Shown here piece after piece: positions 11,301 to 16,121 of a DNA stretch of 57,043 nt. Source of the stretch: a virus; the IMG/VR virus record IMGVR_UViG_3300024308_000009, positions 1 to 57,043 of that record; one strand, 5' to 3'. Under the pieces are notes generated by a model. The model was not told the origin of the DNA, ran no database searches, and saw nothing but the letters and a program-made list of their open reading frames with translations. Position 1 is the stretch's first letter. The number at the start of each line of letters is the position of its first letter. The position numbers and the translations under genes were made by a program.

Positions 11301-11873
11301 CCTGATGCCTATAACTCACAAAGAAAAACTTGGGAGTGGGCTAAGGGACTTAGTGAATATTTGAACGATGTAACCGGGGGTAACCAATTCAAATCTGGCG
11401 TCGTAGATATTGCGCCAGAGTCTTGGCAACACCTAATTAAGTTCGCCGGCGGCGGCCTTGGATCGCTGTTTGGCAGGGCGCAGGACTTAGCCGTTAAGAC
11501 TGCTAGGGGTGAAAGCGTTGAATCAAGAGAGATACCATTCTGGCGCAAATACATGGGCTCAATTTCTGAATCAGTCGATATATCTGAAATGTACAAGCGT
11601 TTCGACGAAATAAAGACAGTTGAGAAACAAGCAACCATGTTACCAGGGCAGGAGCGGATCAAGTTCATCGCAGAGAACAGGCCTAAGGTTAAGCTTATAG
11701 CGATGGCAAAAGGCATACAGACCGAGCTTACCAAGCTGAATAAGCAAAAGGCTGCTATCGATGCAAGCAAGCTGAGTGATGAGCAAAAACAATTGAGAAT
11801 TGAAGCAATTGAAAACAGAAAGCGCCTAATGGCTGCTAAGTTTAACAAGGCTTACAATGAATCTGTAAAATGA
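2391..11873 (+). CDS. Giant polyvalent virion protein (DarB-like class) with ART-like, N6-MTase, GNAT-like and HExxH peptidase modules plus a long C-terminal domain
   Basis: Uninterrupted 3,160-aa ORF with RBS AGAGG. The motifs are listed as separate features. All antisense ORFs inside it are low-complexity shadows. Confidence 0.8.
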   Translation: MAGKIFWENQFNQMREGKEPALTIDQEQEREKPQIQLEDVNAPVKQDLSLQAADQGVGVTDVAKAAASGGVGWAESTAEILTEPQFRKTVSTTVPGMILSLSDYVPLIKDKITEARRGGQEALGQAKKSIRESMSEPAKKAIEAELINDNLEFTDDAAKLSTWIMKGTETISRMVPDLVAGGLVGKGLYNAAYETAYKAGIAKGLTEQGAKVSANKIASAAASVPTAFMATTSATGGAGVQAREAIESLPWSDLQKSEIFVNNFKSIDADPANESMSDQQKLSLARTLTAEHASSKIMQDPALLTVNALASFIGDATLGRMIAGKIGGGIVNKAVRGFAAEAPTEAAQSAAEQYAQNLILIDVAGQDVDPMKGVKRAAAEGGLLGGAVGGTVGGTVGAVDKVTGRESQPLEPQLEGPEIIPEEVATIADGDLKPGAAPEPLTVAERRAALNEKLAAQQEQLRRERVLAGTGEVQEALSKGQTAPTPIELIAQAKEQAKVQRDEFAEGRAAPTVAERRANLERRLAQQSAEYAKQQTEAGKGPVQARLSMPTSPTVDELLIKASTETEPSPFELEYRKQAEREYIEKVKDAAIPAGLKGKPNAVKLLNKGYRNAISDFGGLSEQLSKTTYPDPKTDTMAEVIGKMGGIGRATAESEGFDPAMFKGSKTFSANGKMTFDDAAEKLNELGYRNRQGDTLDSNDVVDMLYGEINNTENHYSTHVDPKMLTSDAQIVRTWAKALGGADKLSATIKKSLAGERLGKRQAEVMEDMLDSIAAMRSEGAEQAKQTLDARRSEREAKRIESFNSLMAEATGNKSHIADIDSYNRMLSEKPEYYSEEQVILDELVATAGDIDFNATSEAIDLYESGKTSLPNLLTKLSDIAHKRERTYAEAKPAIQAVSKPTTQSIEGVVTERVAESEGSPAAGRAEVTNIDQRKDGSATTVSDAGLTLLHGSPKSVINIDDVQIVRTGQKQGKKGRLYGGFYATSEEDIEQAKGYAGMSEGTPTIHNVRIKAGTKVLNKIGDITRLSENYINELTSQGYGLVVGKDPRGRTEYVVIDKNAIDSISSMDSVKNKTDLAKQRDRRHAELEVKQAEGLVLETQQKIEQQKATGGRTDILNSNLQRQISGANRIRAKYGLEPIDAKSIKPSESALEPEQMPATKAEPKPEGKAEAQEVTPVEAEPVIVTAEAKPEAIKVEPATKAEPIEFKDKPYSDWESISKKALEGDLPPEAYAEGAEQLLADKERILSEISKAYTKPKLLEKLGPMAAARAKSENKNVAVRYYFEQLISRFNIADSITYGIEKDSYEKAIIKSAKKITPESLAAYKEDLAKRRSEYKAKFEGMVKAVKDPQTLEEFQQFVSLKGEDKLTTEQKVRYEALLTEAGLAKRAEVKMSKAIKKGLWADVEVTEVSPGTHGKTGEPIVNVKLGRLGTDQFKSAAAQARGMGGGYWRGNFYLPDQQSADEFISWIKGEDIDRTEQVTKEEALKQKVKVAKLKSMAEKLEQKANEDLSVTLRENTARQMRMADSSRVKAESDATFAKMLRAIATGIESGDVKYLAEINSKAQLETLDKKMSGLKYNVPQSEVDNLMDRDRDSRLSWKPSVSIEDRVQYAKFPMIDSHYSAVERWASEMDQMSGYKQAAAALRKTIEGIGQRDYAKLDPTKPYFGKLLDFLKEQPNYYNGTEYAAEYSRLTRMGIDTPAALRTALIELHNVKASIDAPTQRSTVETMDRDLKRKMRLNRNAFNDFFPTPKTISSDVVVLADIKEGMKVLEPSAGNGELADAMSVYGAYIDVVEMAGDLRAILEEKGYNIVGNDFTEFKSGPVYDRIVMNPPFSNDQDIDHVYHAYDMLKPGGRLVAIVSSMAGDRSNNKNKAFKEWVSSLDGQEELLPENAFLESLNPTAVRTKTIVIDKPEEVKFSQAKDARQLSKNIKDKFEGLKLSMSEKGDVVTVDNITVPEQRRELGTGSKIMNIITSWADAAGKTLALTPTSDFGGSKSRLVEFYKRFGFVENKGKNKNFEVSESMIREPKESVKFSNDSIVTGTPKGMPAKQVDVIAKSFIKEYKGAAGIKSVVFKTQKDAMDYAGIQDDESVLRNAFYNPRTNEVVLIADNINGAADARKILRHEILTHHGLMRVVGQEEWQNIVNLVSASREAKSLKDIWADIDSRYEGFDENTKAEEVIAKISEIEPSKLGEWGNRIIAAITRALRKAGLIGDKITATEIKDMIRIIGERIRTVSAGRAEIKNDIKFSQGQLTAKDGFSIPDETRKDAFLRSIQDKYQRLKVIQKAVKEQGGMIDESKDVYLAEELFHGKVGEDLRVMEDQYIKPLVEYMGKENVSREELDLYLIARHAPERNAQIAKINPDIQDGGSGMTDAEAAKVMDNFTREGTIAKMQAAAAFVDGIINSTKQRLIDSGLESQDVVDSWDATYKHYVPLKGFAVDESDTDGNRVKATGKGFSIHGNETMRAMGRRTVSESPLAYVISDATQSAIRARKNEVAQTMLKLVDANPDPELWQVFSSENPDVTRKITKRKDPVTGKTVETVVETAMPMHAMKDKYLGAKINGEQYYIKLHDPRLMEAMANLGVEQANILTKTVGRVTRVLSALITSYNPEFALSNFARDVQTAVYNVLAEAKIEGGKALGTKDLAKKMVKDLPNSMKALKRGFRDNDFTGEWGVFLKEYLDSGAKTGWFVQKDIDDIKNDITRSISTTGEGAVNKLIRSKDKLIKFIDDYNDVVENASRLSVYVNARRQGLTEKAAASLAKNLTVNFNRRGEMTNSINALYMFFNASVQGTANMLRAVMTPADKTKKIWDPEFYNMTQKLAMALPIATILMAQANREWGGDDDDGKSFYDKVPNYVKETNFVLMIPGSEGDFIKIPMPYGYNFFASIGHAIDRGMNTESTAVESAFDAVAAFAGAFSPLGAVGSEEMTSQVVKTAAPAILKPFVEMALNENFTGAPIYKEQNPFGLKTPDAYNSQRKTWEWAKGLSEYLNDVTGGNQFKSGVVDIAPESWQHLIKFAGGGLGSLFGRAQDLAVKTARGESVESREIPFWRKYMGSISESVDISEMYKRFDEIKTVEKQATMLPGQERIKFIAENRPKVKLIAMAKGIQTELTKLNKQKAAIDASKLSDEQKQLRIEAIENRKRLMAAKFNKAYNESVK
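5200..5590 (+). other. H-Y-E (PARP-like) ADP-ribosyltransferase-fold domain inside the giant protein
   Basis: LLHGSP (His951 codon at 5241-5243), GRLYGGFYATS 32 aa later, and RTEYVVID (Glu1053 codon at 5547-5549). Spacing and local context resemble HGS / G-x-YFA / NEYIVYD of PARP-type ARTs. Confidence 0.5.
7600..8130 (+). other. SAM-dependent N6-adenine DNA methyltransferase domain (motif I then motif IV) inside the giant protein
   Basis: VLEPSAGNG at 7698-7724 and NPPF at 7881-7892. Confidence 0.75.
8225..8425 (+). other. GNAT-like acetyltransferase module inside the giant protein
   Basis: RRELGTGSKIM (Q/RxxGxG/A-type acetyl-CoA loop) and LVEFYKRFGFV. Confidence 0.45.
8760..8777 (+). other. 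HExxH zinc-metallopeptidase signature (HEILTH) inside the giant protein
   Basis: Codons cat gaa ata ctt act cac, in frame, in the context ARKILRHEILTHHGL. Similar to ArdC/SprT-type peptidase modules of polyvalent proteins. Confidence 0.45.
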
Positions 11874-11882
11874 TGATGAATG

Positions 11883-11907
11883 AAAAAGGGCCAATCGGCC
11901 CTTTTTT
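11883..11907. terminator. Bidirectional rho-independent terminator
   Basis: aaaaa-gggcc-aatc-ggccc-tttttt, 10 nt after the giant ORF stop. A-run and T-run flank the stem. Confidence 0.8.
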
Positions 11908-12076
11908 ATATGATGCTATCTTTTTTTGTTTTGCTGTCCAAACCAAGCGCAGATGAGGCTATCGCTCCACACCAGAAAACGCCAGCGCCTAGAGCGAAAC
12001 CAAGCTCATTTTTTGTTATGAACCAACAAGCCAATCCAATAGCAATAGATAAAGATGCGAATATTTTAAATCTCAT
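11906..12076 (-). CDS. Small membrane protein (2 TM)
   Basis: MRFKIFASLSIAIGLACWFI...GAGVFWCGAIASSALGL. RBS AGGTGA lies 5 nt upstream of the ATG at 12076, 8 nt after the upstream stop. The gene ends at the bidirectional terminator. Confidence 0.5.
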   Translation of the reverse strand: MRFKIFASLSIAIGLACWFITKNELGFALGAGVFWCGAIASSALGLDSKTKKDSII

Positions 12077-12084
12077 AGGCTCAC

Positions 12085-12327
12085 CTATAAGTAAGGGTTT
12101 TGCATTTTCCAACAAACGCTAATTGCCATTAACAGTATAATGGTTGCACTTATAATATATCCTTTATTATCAACACCTTTGCTAGTGCTTCTCCATCCTG
12201 CCGCAGCACACATAACAGCAGACAAAACAGACAGCATAGGTATAATGCTCACGCTTATAACTGTCATCAACCCAAAACATAAAGCTAAAAATTTAGCACT
12301 ATTCATATCCATTTGCCTGTTTCTCAT
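12085..12327 (-). CDS. Small membrane protein (2-3 TM), start uncertain
   Basis: 80-aa hydrophobic ORF (FLALCFGLMTVISVSIIPMLSVLSAVMCAAAGW; IISATIILLMAISVCW). First gene of a 2-gene minus-strand cassette. Confidence 0.45.
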   Translation of the reverse strand: MRNRQMDMNSAKFLALCFGLMTVISVSIIPMLSVLSAVMCAAAGWRSTSKGVDNKGYIISATIILLMAISVCWKMQNPYL

Positions 12328-12338
12328 AGTGTTTTAAG

Positions 12339-12367
12339 TTCCATAACATTGATGTTACATGATGGAA
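12339..12367. promoter_or_regulatory. Imperfect palindrome, operator candidate in the divergent intergenic region
   Basis: ttccat-aacat-tg-atgtt-acatg-atggaa. The inner taacat/atgtta and outer ttccat/atggaa arms are complementary. Confidence 0.35.
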
Positions 12368-12542
12368 TTTGTTTTACTATGGCCTAAAAATTAAAATCTT
12401 TATGATTGCCCAATACTAACACTAAATTTGTTATTTTTTAAATATGCTCACTTAATCACCTTTTTTTATTGTAGGCTATTAATAATCGATTTGGTTAGGG
12501 TTAGTGTATTCAAGCCAACAAATAAAAACCTAAGGAAACACC

Positions 12543-12791
12543 ATGTCTGGCCGCCCACCATTAAAAGCTTCAATAGCAAGATCAGCTGATCACAAGATTT
12601 TTATTACAGAGGCTGAGAAAGCTATTACTAAAATAGTTCCAGAGGTTACAGGGAAAAGCGCCAGCGATTTTATTCGTGATGGCTTCATAGATAAGTTAAG
12701 GGCTTTTCTTAGGGATAACCCTGAACTAATGCCTGTTATCGAAGAGAGGCTTAATGAATGCGGTTATAAACTACCATCTTATTTGAAGTAA
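12543..12791 (+). CDS. Putative ribbon-helix-helix (CopG/MobC-like) DNA-binding protein
   Basis: 82 aa with RBS AAGGAA. N-terminal GRPPLKASIARSADHKIFITEAEKAITK resembles the RHH beta-strand/helix signature. Confidence 0.4.
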   Translation: MSGRPPLKASIARSADHKIFITEAEKAITKIVPEVTGKSASDFIRDGFIDKLRAFLRDNPELMPVIEERLNECGYKLPSYLK

Positions 12792-12794
12792 AAT

Positions 12795-12983
12795 ATGAAT
12801 AAACAAATGCTTATAATACTTGGCGCCATAGGAAGCAAAGTCGGACTTAACGCAGATCAAGTTAAGGATTTGACAGTAAGTGGTGAGCTAAATCACCGGT
12901 ATCAATTGTGCAAAGATTGCAGAATGGCGTGCGACAGATGTCAAATATCATATCGACAAGTAAAAAATAAGGCGCCTATGTAG
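12795..12983 (+). CDS. Hypothetical small protein with CxxC...CxxC motif
   Basis: 62 aa, 3 nt after the upstream stop. Contains CKDCRMACDRC. Confidence 0.45.
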   Translation: MNKQMLIILGAIGSKVGLNADQVKDLTVSGELNHRYQLCKDCRMACDRCQISYRQVKNKAPM

Positions 12984-12993
12984 CGCCTTATTT
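12969..12993. terminator. Bidirectional terminator
   Basis: aaggcgc-ctatgta-gcgcctt with an A-rich 5' flank and attt 3' flank. Serves the convergent cassettes. Confidence 0.65.
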
Positions 12994-13005
12994 GAGTTGA
13001 CATGG

Positions 13006-13158
13006 TTAGTCATCCATATCTTTGTGATCCGTCTCAATCTCGATCATCTTCATCCCATGAGTTTGAAACTCACTAACCCAATAGCGAAGGGCCATAGCCT
13101 CAGTATCACTTTCAGGGCTAATGACAATCGTGCCATCTTTTTTAAACCTGATTTCCAT
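13006..13158 (-). CDS. Hypothetical 50-aa acidic protein, below the ORF-track cutoff
   Basis: Own translation: MEIRFKKDGTIVISPESDTEAMALRYWVSEFQTHGMKMIEIETDHKDMDD*. The ATG is 2 nt after the TGA of the upstream gene. Confidence 0.35.
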   Translation of the reverse strand: MEIRFKKDGTIVISPESDTEAMALRYWVSEFQTHGMKMIEIETDHKDMDD

Positions 13159-13160
13159 GA

Positions 13161-13883
13161 TCATGCGCTCACGTTAGTAGGGTTTGCTGTTTGAGATCCA
13201 TTAACCCCGGTTGAACCTACGACAACACTAGAGTTTGTCGCTCTTGCCATTTGGCTAACTCCACCGCATATGGCGTTTAATTGCCACTGTAGAGCTTGCA
13301 TTTGTTGCTGTTGCTGTGACTGTTGCTGGTTCATGCCGAGCGTGATTGTGTTTGTATTCACTATCTCGCGATTGATCCCTCTCTGCTCAGACTCGCGCAG
13401 CTGTGCGACAGTCAATTGTTGCTCTAGATCATTGATACGATTAGACGTAATCAACTGTCTGGTCCGCTCTCCATCGGCATACACTGCTTGTTGAATTGCA
13501 GTGCTTTGTCGATCAACGTTGGTATCTACGTTACCAATCTCACGGCTTAATGCTGCAACGCCCTGTGTTGTTGCCAGTATTTGCGCTGTTTGACCTTGTG
13601 ATAAATATTGGGTATTTGACGTTCCTTGTTGAGTTAAGCTTGCCATTGCCTGTGCTAATGCAAGCTGAACCTGTGCCTCGTTGTAAGGAATAGCAGCCTT
13701 GATATCACCAAGGGTTTGCTGGTTGATAGTCTCATTAGTGACGCAACTATTATCGTTTTGGTTACCAAACAAGCCGCCTCTACCAAGAAGCAGGCCAAGC
13801 ACCAATCCCATACCAGTACCGCCAAAACCATTATCAGACTGTCCCATGCGTCCGAATACATCGCCTTCAGTAAATGTTGCCAT
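13161..13883 (-). CDS. Hypothetical Gly-zipper / Gln-rich coiled-coil protein
   Basis: Start moved to MATFTEG (ATG at 13883, RBS GAGG). GGTGMGLVLGLLLGRGGLFG is followed by a long Q/N/T-rich region including NQQQSQQQQQMQALQWQ. Confidence 0.6.
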   Translation of the reverse strand: MATFTEGDVFGRMGQSDNGFGGTGMGLVLGLLLGRGGLFGNQNDNSCVTNETINQQTLGDIKAAIPYNEAQVQLALAQAMASLTQQGTSNTQYLSQGQTAQILATTQGVAALSREIGNVDTNVDRQSTAIQQAVYADGERTRQLITSNRINDLEQQLTVAQLRESEQRGINREIVNTNTITLGMNQQQSQQQQQMQALQWQLNAICGGVSQMARATNSSVVVGSTGVNGSQTANPTNVSA

Positions 13884-14055
13884 GATAGATCCTCTCACTT
13901 TGTTAGAAACAATTTCCCATACCATATTGCTCCAACTTTTTGAGCTTTAAATGGACTTTAAATCCATTACTAATCTATTGATACCTTTACAACTGGTAGG
14001 CAAATCACTACTATCTTTATGTTACTAATGTTCCTTACTGTTGTTTGTGCTGTTT

Positions 14056-14086
14056 AGCCACCTATAAATGTAGGTGGCTTTTTTTA
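14056..14086 (+). terminator. Strong + strand rho-independent terminator with no annotated upstream + strand gene
   Basis: agccaccta-taaatg-taggtggct followed by ttttttt. Confidence 0.7.
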
Positions 14087-14122
14087 TGTTATTTTTAAGG
14101 GTATTATTAAGCGCATCAAATG

Positions 14123-14151
14123 TTGACAACCTCATCTCGGCAGGTTAACCA
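14123..14151 (+). promoter_or_regulatory. Sigma70-like promoter candidate for the lysis cassette
   Basis: Perfect -35 TTGACA (14123-28), 17-nt spacer, weak -10 TAACCA. Confidence 0.3.
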
Positions 14152-14163
14152 CTAGGCGCTAAC

Positions 14164-14460
14164 ATGGACTTAAAGCATGATGATTTACTGAAAACCCTAG
14201 CGGTTGTCTTTACATTCTCGCTTGCTGTAGTGGCAAGAAATCTACTAAACCAAGAAGAAATTAAGCTAAGGGCCTTCATCGGTGAAATGATCCTAGCTGT
14301 GATTTTTGGGCTTATGCTTGTGTTCCTTGGTGTTATTCGCGCTGCATCATTCCCCGAGACAATGATCTTGTCTTGTGCCTGCGGGCTCGGAATTAATAGG
14401 TCAGTCCAGTGGTTGGTTATGCCGTTTATACAGAAGTTCATACCAAGGGGGCCAAAGTGA
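14164..14460 (+). CDS. Holin candidate
   Basis: 98 aa with about 3 hydrophobic segments and a charged C-terminus (KFIPRGPK). Sits immediately upstream of the endolysin. Confidence 0.6.
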   Translation: MDLKHDDLLKTLAVVFTFSLAVVARNLLNQEEIKLRAFIGEMILAVIFGLMLVFLGVIRAASFPETMILSCACGLGINRSVQWLVMPFIQKFIPRGPK

Positions 14461-14462
14461 AT

Positions 14463-14903
14463 ATGAAATACAGTGAACTAAAAAAAATAGTGATTAAAAC
14501 CACTCTAGAAATGGAACGTCACAAGCCTGAAATGGTTGAACTTCTCTGCATGATTGCGGCCCATGAATCAGGTCTTGGCAAGTATCGCAGGCAAGTGAAT
14601 GGCCCAGCTTTAAGCCTATTTCAGATTGAGCCAATTACTCATAACTCAATCTGGGATCATTGCGACTCGATTGAAATGCTGGCTAAAAAGTTAGGCATAA
14701 AACGAAACGTAGAGTTACTGGCTACCGACGATAGATATGCTGTGTTCGTCGCTCGCTGTTACCTTCTTATGGATAAGAACCCATTACCTAAGACGGTTTG
14801 TGAAATGGGTGAGTATGCTAAAACCTATTGGAATAGTGAAGGCGGAAAAGCCTCGCCAGAGGCTTATATTGATGCGTACATAAAATGGCGCGAACTTGGT
14901 TAG
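14463..14903 (+). CDS. Endolysin, lytic transglycosylase (SLT-like)
   Basis: Start at MKYSEL, 2 nt after the holin stop. Contains AAHESGLG (catalytic E-S) and LSLFQIEP. Confidence 0.7.
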   Translation: MKYSELKKIVIKTTLEMERHKPEMVELLCMIAAHESGLGKYRRQVNGPALSLFQIEPITHNSIWDHCDSIEMLAKKLGIKRNVELLATDDRYAVFVARCYLLMDKNPLPKTVCEMGEYAKTYWNSEGGKASPEAYIDAYIKWRELG

Positions 14904-14916
14904 GTAAGGGGTATTT

Positions 14917-15126
14917 ATGGAACAGTTTTTAATTTACTTACAAGATGGGTTTATGTGGTTGGGTATTATTGTTACTGCTGCAACTTCAATTGTGGCCGCG
15001 CTTGAAAAAGTTGCTGAAGTCACGCCAACAACTAAAGACGATGAGTATGTTGGCAAGGCTAAAGCCGCTCTAGGCTATGTTGCCGCTGTACTAGATAAGG
15101 TTTCTGTCTGGACCAGTAAAAAATAA
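14917..15126 (+). CDS. Small membrane protein (holin/antiholin-like)
   Basis: 69 aa with RBS AAGGGG. One TM (WLGIIVTAATSIVAAL) followed by TPTTKDDEYVGK. Confidence 0.5.
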   Translation: MEQFLIYLQDGFMWLGIIVTAATSIVAALEKVAEVTPTTKDDEYVGKAKAALGYVAAVLDKVSVWTSKK

Positions 15127-15332
15127 TGGAAGTTTTAATTGCCATTATTTCAGTGATTGCGGCATTAATTGCCGCTGTCTTTTTTGGTCGGAAGTCTGGC
15201 GCCGACTCGGTTGAGCGTGAACATAAAACAGAGGTAATCGATGCTGTCAAACAAGCAAAGCAAGTGCAAGACTCTGTTGCTAGCCTTAATAGTGATGATC
15301 GCCGCGACAGGCTGCGCAAGCTCAGTAAGTGA
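15126..15332 (+). CDS. i-spanin
   Basis: N-terminal TM (VLIAIISVIAALIAAVFF) plus a charged periplasmic helix. TAATG start overlap. Embeds the start of the o-spanin. Confidence 0.65.
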   Translation: MEVLIAIISVIAALIAAVFFGRKSGADSVEREHKTEVIDAVKQAKQVQDSVASLNSDDRRDRLRKLSK

Positions 15333-15465
15333 TTATTGCCTTATTGCCAAGCAGATTACACCTACAAAGGCCGATGTAGAAGTGATCAGTGATGAGCTAG
15401 TAACGCAGATACTCGAGCACGATGAAACATACTTAAAATTATGCGGTAAAAAAGCCCTCGATTGA
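15241..15465 (+). CDS. o-spanin (lipoprotein)
   Basis: Signal plus lipobox LIVMIAATG-C. Overlaps the i-spanin 3' end in another frame. Confidence 0.65.
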   Translation: MLSNKQSKCKTLLLALIVMIAATGCASSVSDYCLIAKQITPTKADVEVISDELVTQILEHDETYLKLCGKKALD

Positions 15466-15476
15466 GGGCTTTTATT
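15447..15476. terminator. Bidirectional terminator between the lysis cassette and the minus-strand block
   Basis: aaaaaa-gccctc-gatt-gagggc-ttttatt. Confidence 0.75.
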
Positions 15477-16121
15477 CTATTTATGCGGCCTATCATCGTC
15501 GGTTTTTATTCCTAGCCTAGTTAATCTGGCATAGTAAGATCTGATTTCTTTAAGCTGTTGGCATGTGTACTTTTTATGTTCGTGAGGACCATCTAGCCAA
15601 TCAACAAATGCTTGCCCGTATCTGTTTACAAGCCCGACAACATAGCCATGCGTCCCCGCGGCACCGTGAATATTCCCACCAAGCTCACAGTTACATCGCT
15701 TATTACACTGGCGATGAATATTCCTTGTTTCTAGCGCAAGTTCTGGATTGGCGCCTACTGTTCGATAATGCCCACCAGCATATTGAATATCGTTTGTTGT
15801 GCTACAGCTTATGCATGGCTTTCCAGCGTCCCTAACTCCACCGGCCCAACGCTGAACAACTTCTTTTGTAAGTTTAAACTGGTACTGGTAATCGTTGTCT
15901 CGCCATTCCTTGGTCTTTTTAATCGACTCACGTTTTGCTGCTCGCTCTTTTTTCTTTATGTCGGCGGCGTCCTTTGCGGCCTTCTTTTCACGTTTAAATT
16001 TAGCAAGCTCAATAGCGCAAGTAATACAGCAAGTCTCTTGCATTTGGCGCTCTGGTTGGAATTTAATACCACAGCTAGGAGCCTTACACTTCTTTGGCCT
16101 AGGTTTTTTATTTACCTGCAT
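15477..16121 (-). CDS. ninG: NinG/Rap-family recombination endonuclease
   Basis: Start at MQVNKKPRPKKCKAPSCGIKF (RBS AAGGAG). Cys clusters CxxC...CxxC and HYRTVG...HRQCNKRCN are typical of lambda NinG. Confidence 0.65.
   Translation of the reverse strand: MQVNKKPRPKKCKAPSCGIKFQPERQMQETCCITCAIELAKFKREKKAAKDAADIKKKERAAKRESIKKTKEWRDNDYQYQFKLTKEVVQRWAGGVRDAGKPCISCSTTNDIQYAGGHYRTVGANPELALETRNIHRQCNKRCNCELGGNIHGAAGTHGYVVGLVNRYGQAFVDWLDGPHEHKKYTCQQLKEIRSYYARLTRLGIKTDDDRPHK

Noticed and set aside
2699-11848. Many 60-180-aa minus-strand ORFs inside the giant gene (for example 3224-3688, 6764-7204, 8801-9244, 11309-11848)
   Set aside because: They are antisense shadows of a long, uninterrupted and motif-bearing + strand ORF. 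Their products are Ser/Leu/Ala-rich low-complexity strings with no RBS.
2391-11873. The giant ORF as a tape-measure protein of a siphovirus
   Set aside because: It carries enzymatic signatures (NPPF MTase, HExxH, H-Y-E) and there are no tail-tube, chaperone-frameshift or distal-tail genes. A polyvalent internal protein is the better explanation.
11880-12122. 80-aa + strand ORF after the giant gene
   Set aside because: Its start lies within the terminator hairpin. The minus-strand pair of membrane proteins, with an AGGTGA RBS, explains the region better.
12997-13194. 65-aa + strand ORF downstream of the 12969-12993 terminator
   Set aside because: It starts right after a terminator and has no RBS. 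The opposite strand carries a tightly coupled 50-aa ORF following the 13161 stop.
13270-13950. + strand ORFs (74, 65, 83 and 75 aa, one with a CCCCC run) opposite the Gln-rich gene
   Set aside because: They are reverse-complement artefacts of CAG/CAA-rich coding sequence (Gln codons read as Cys/Leu).
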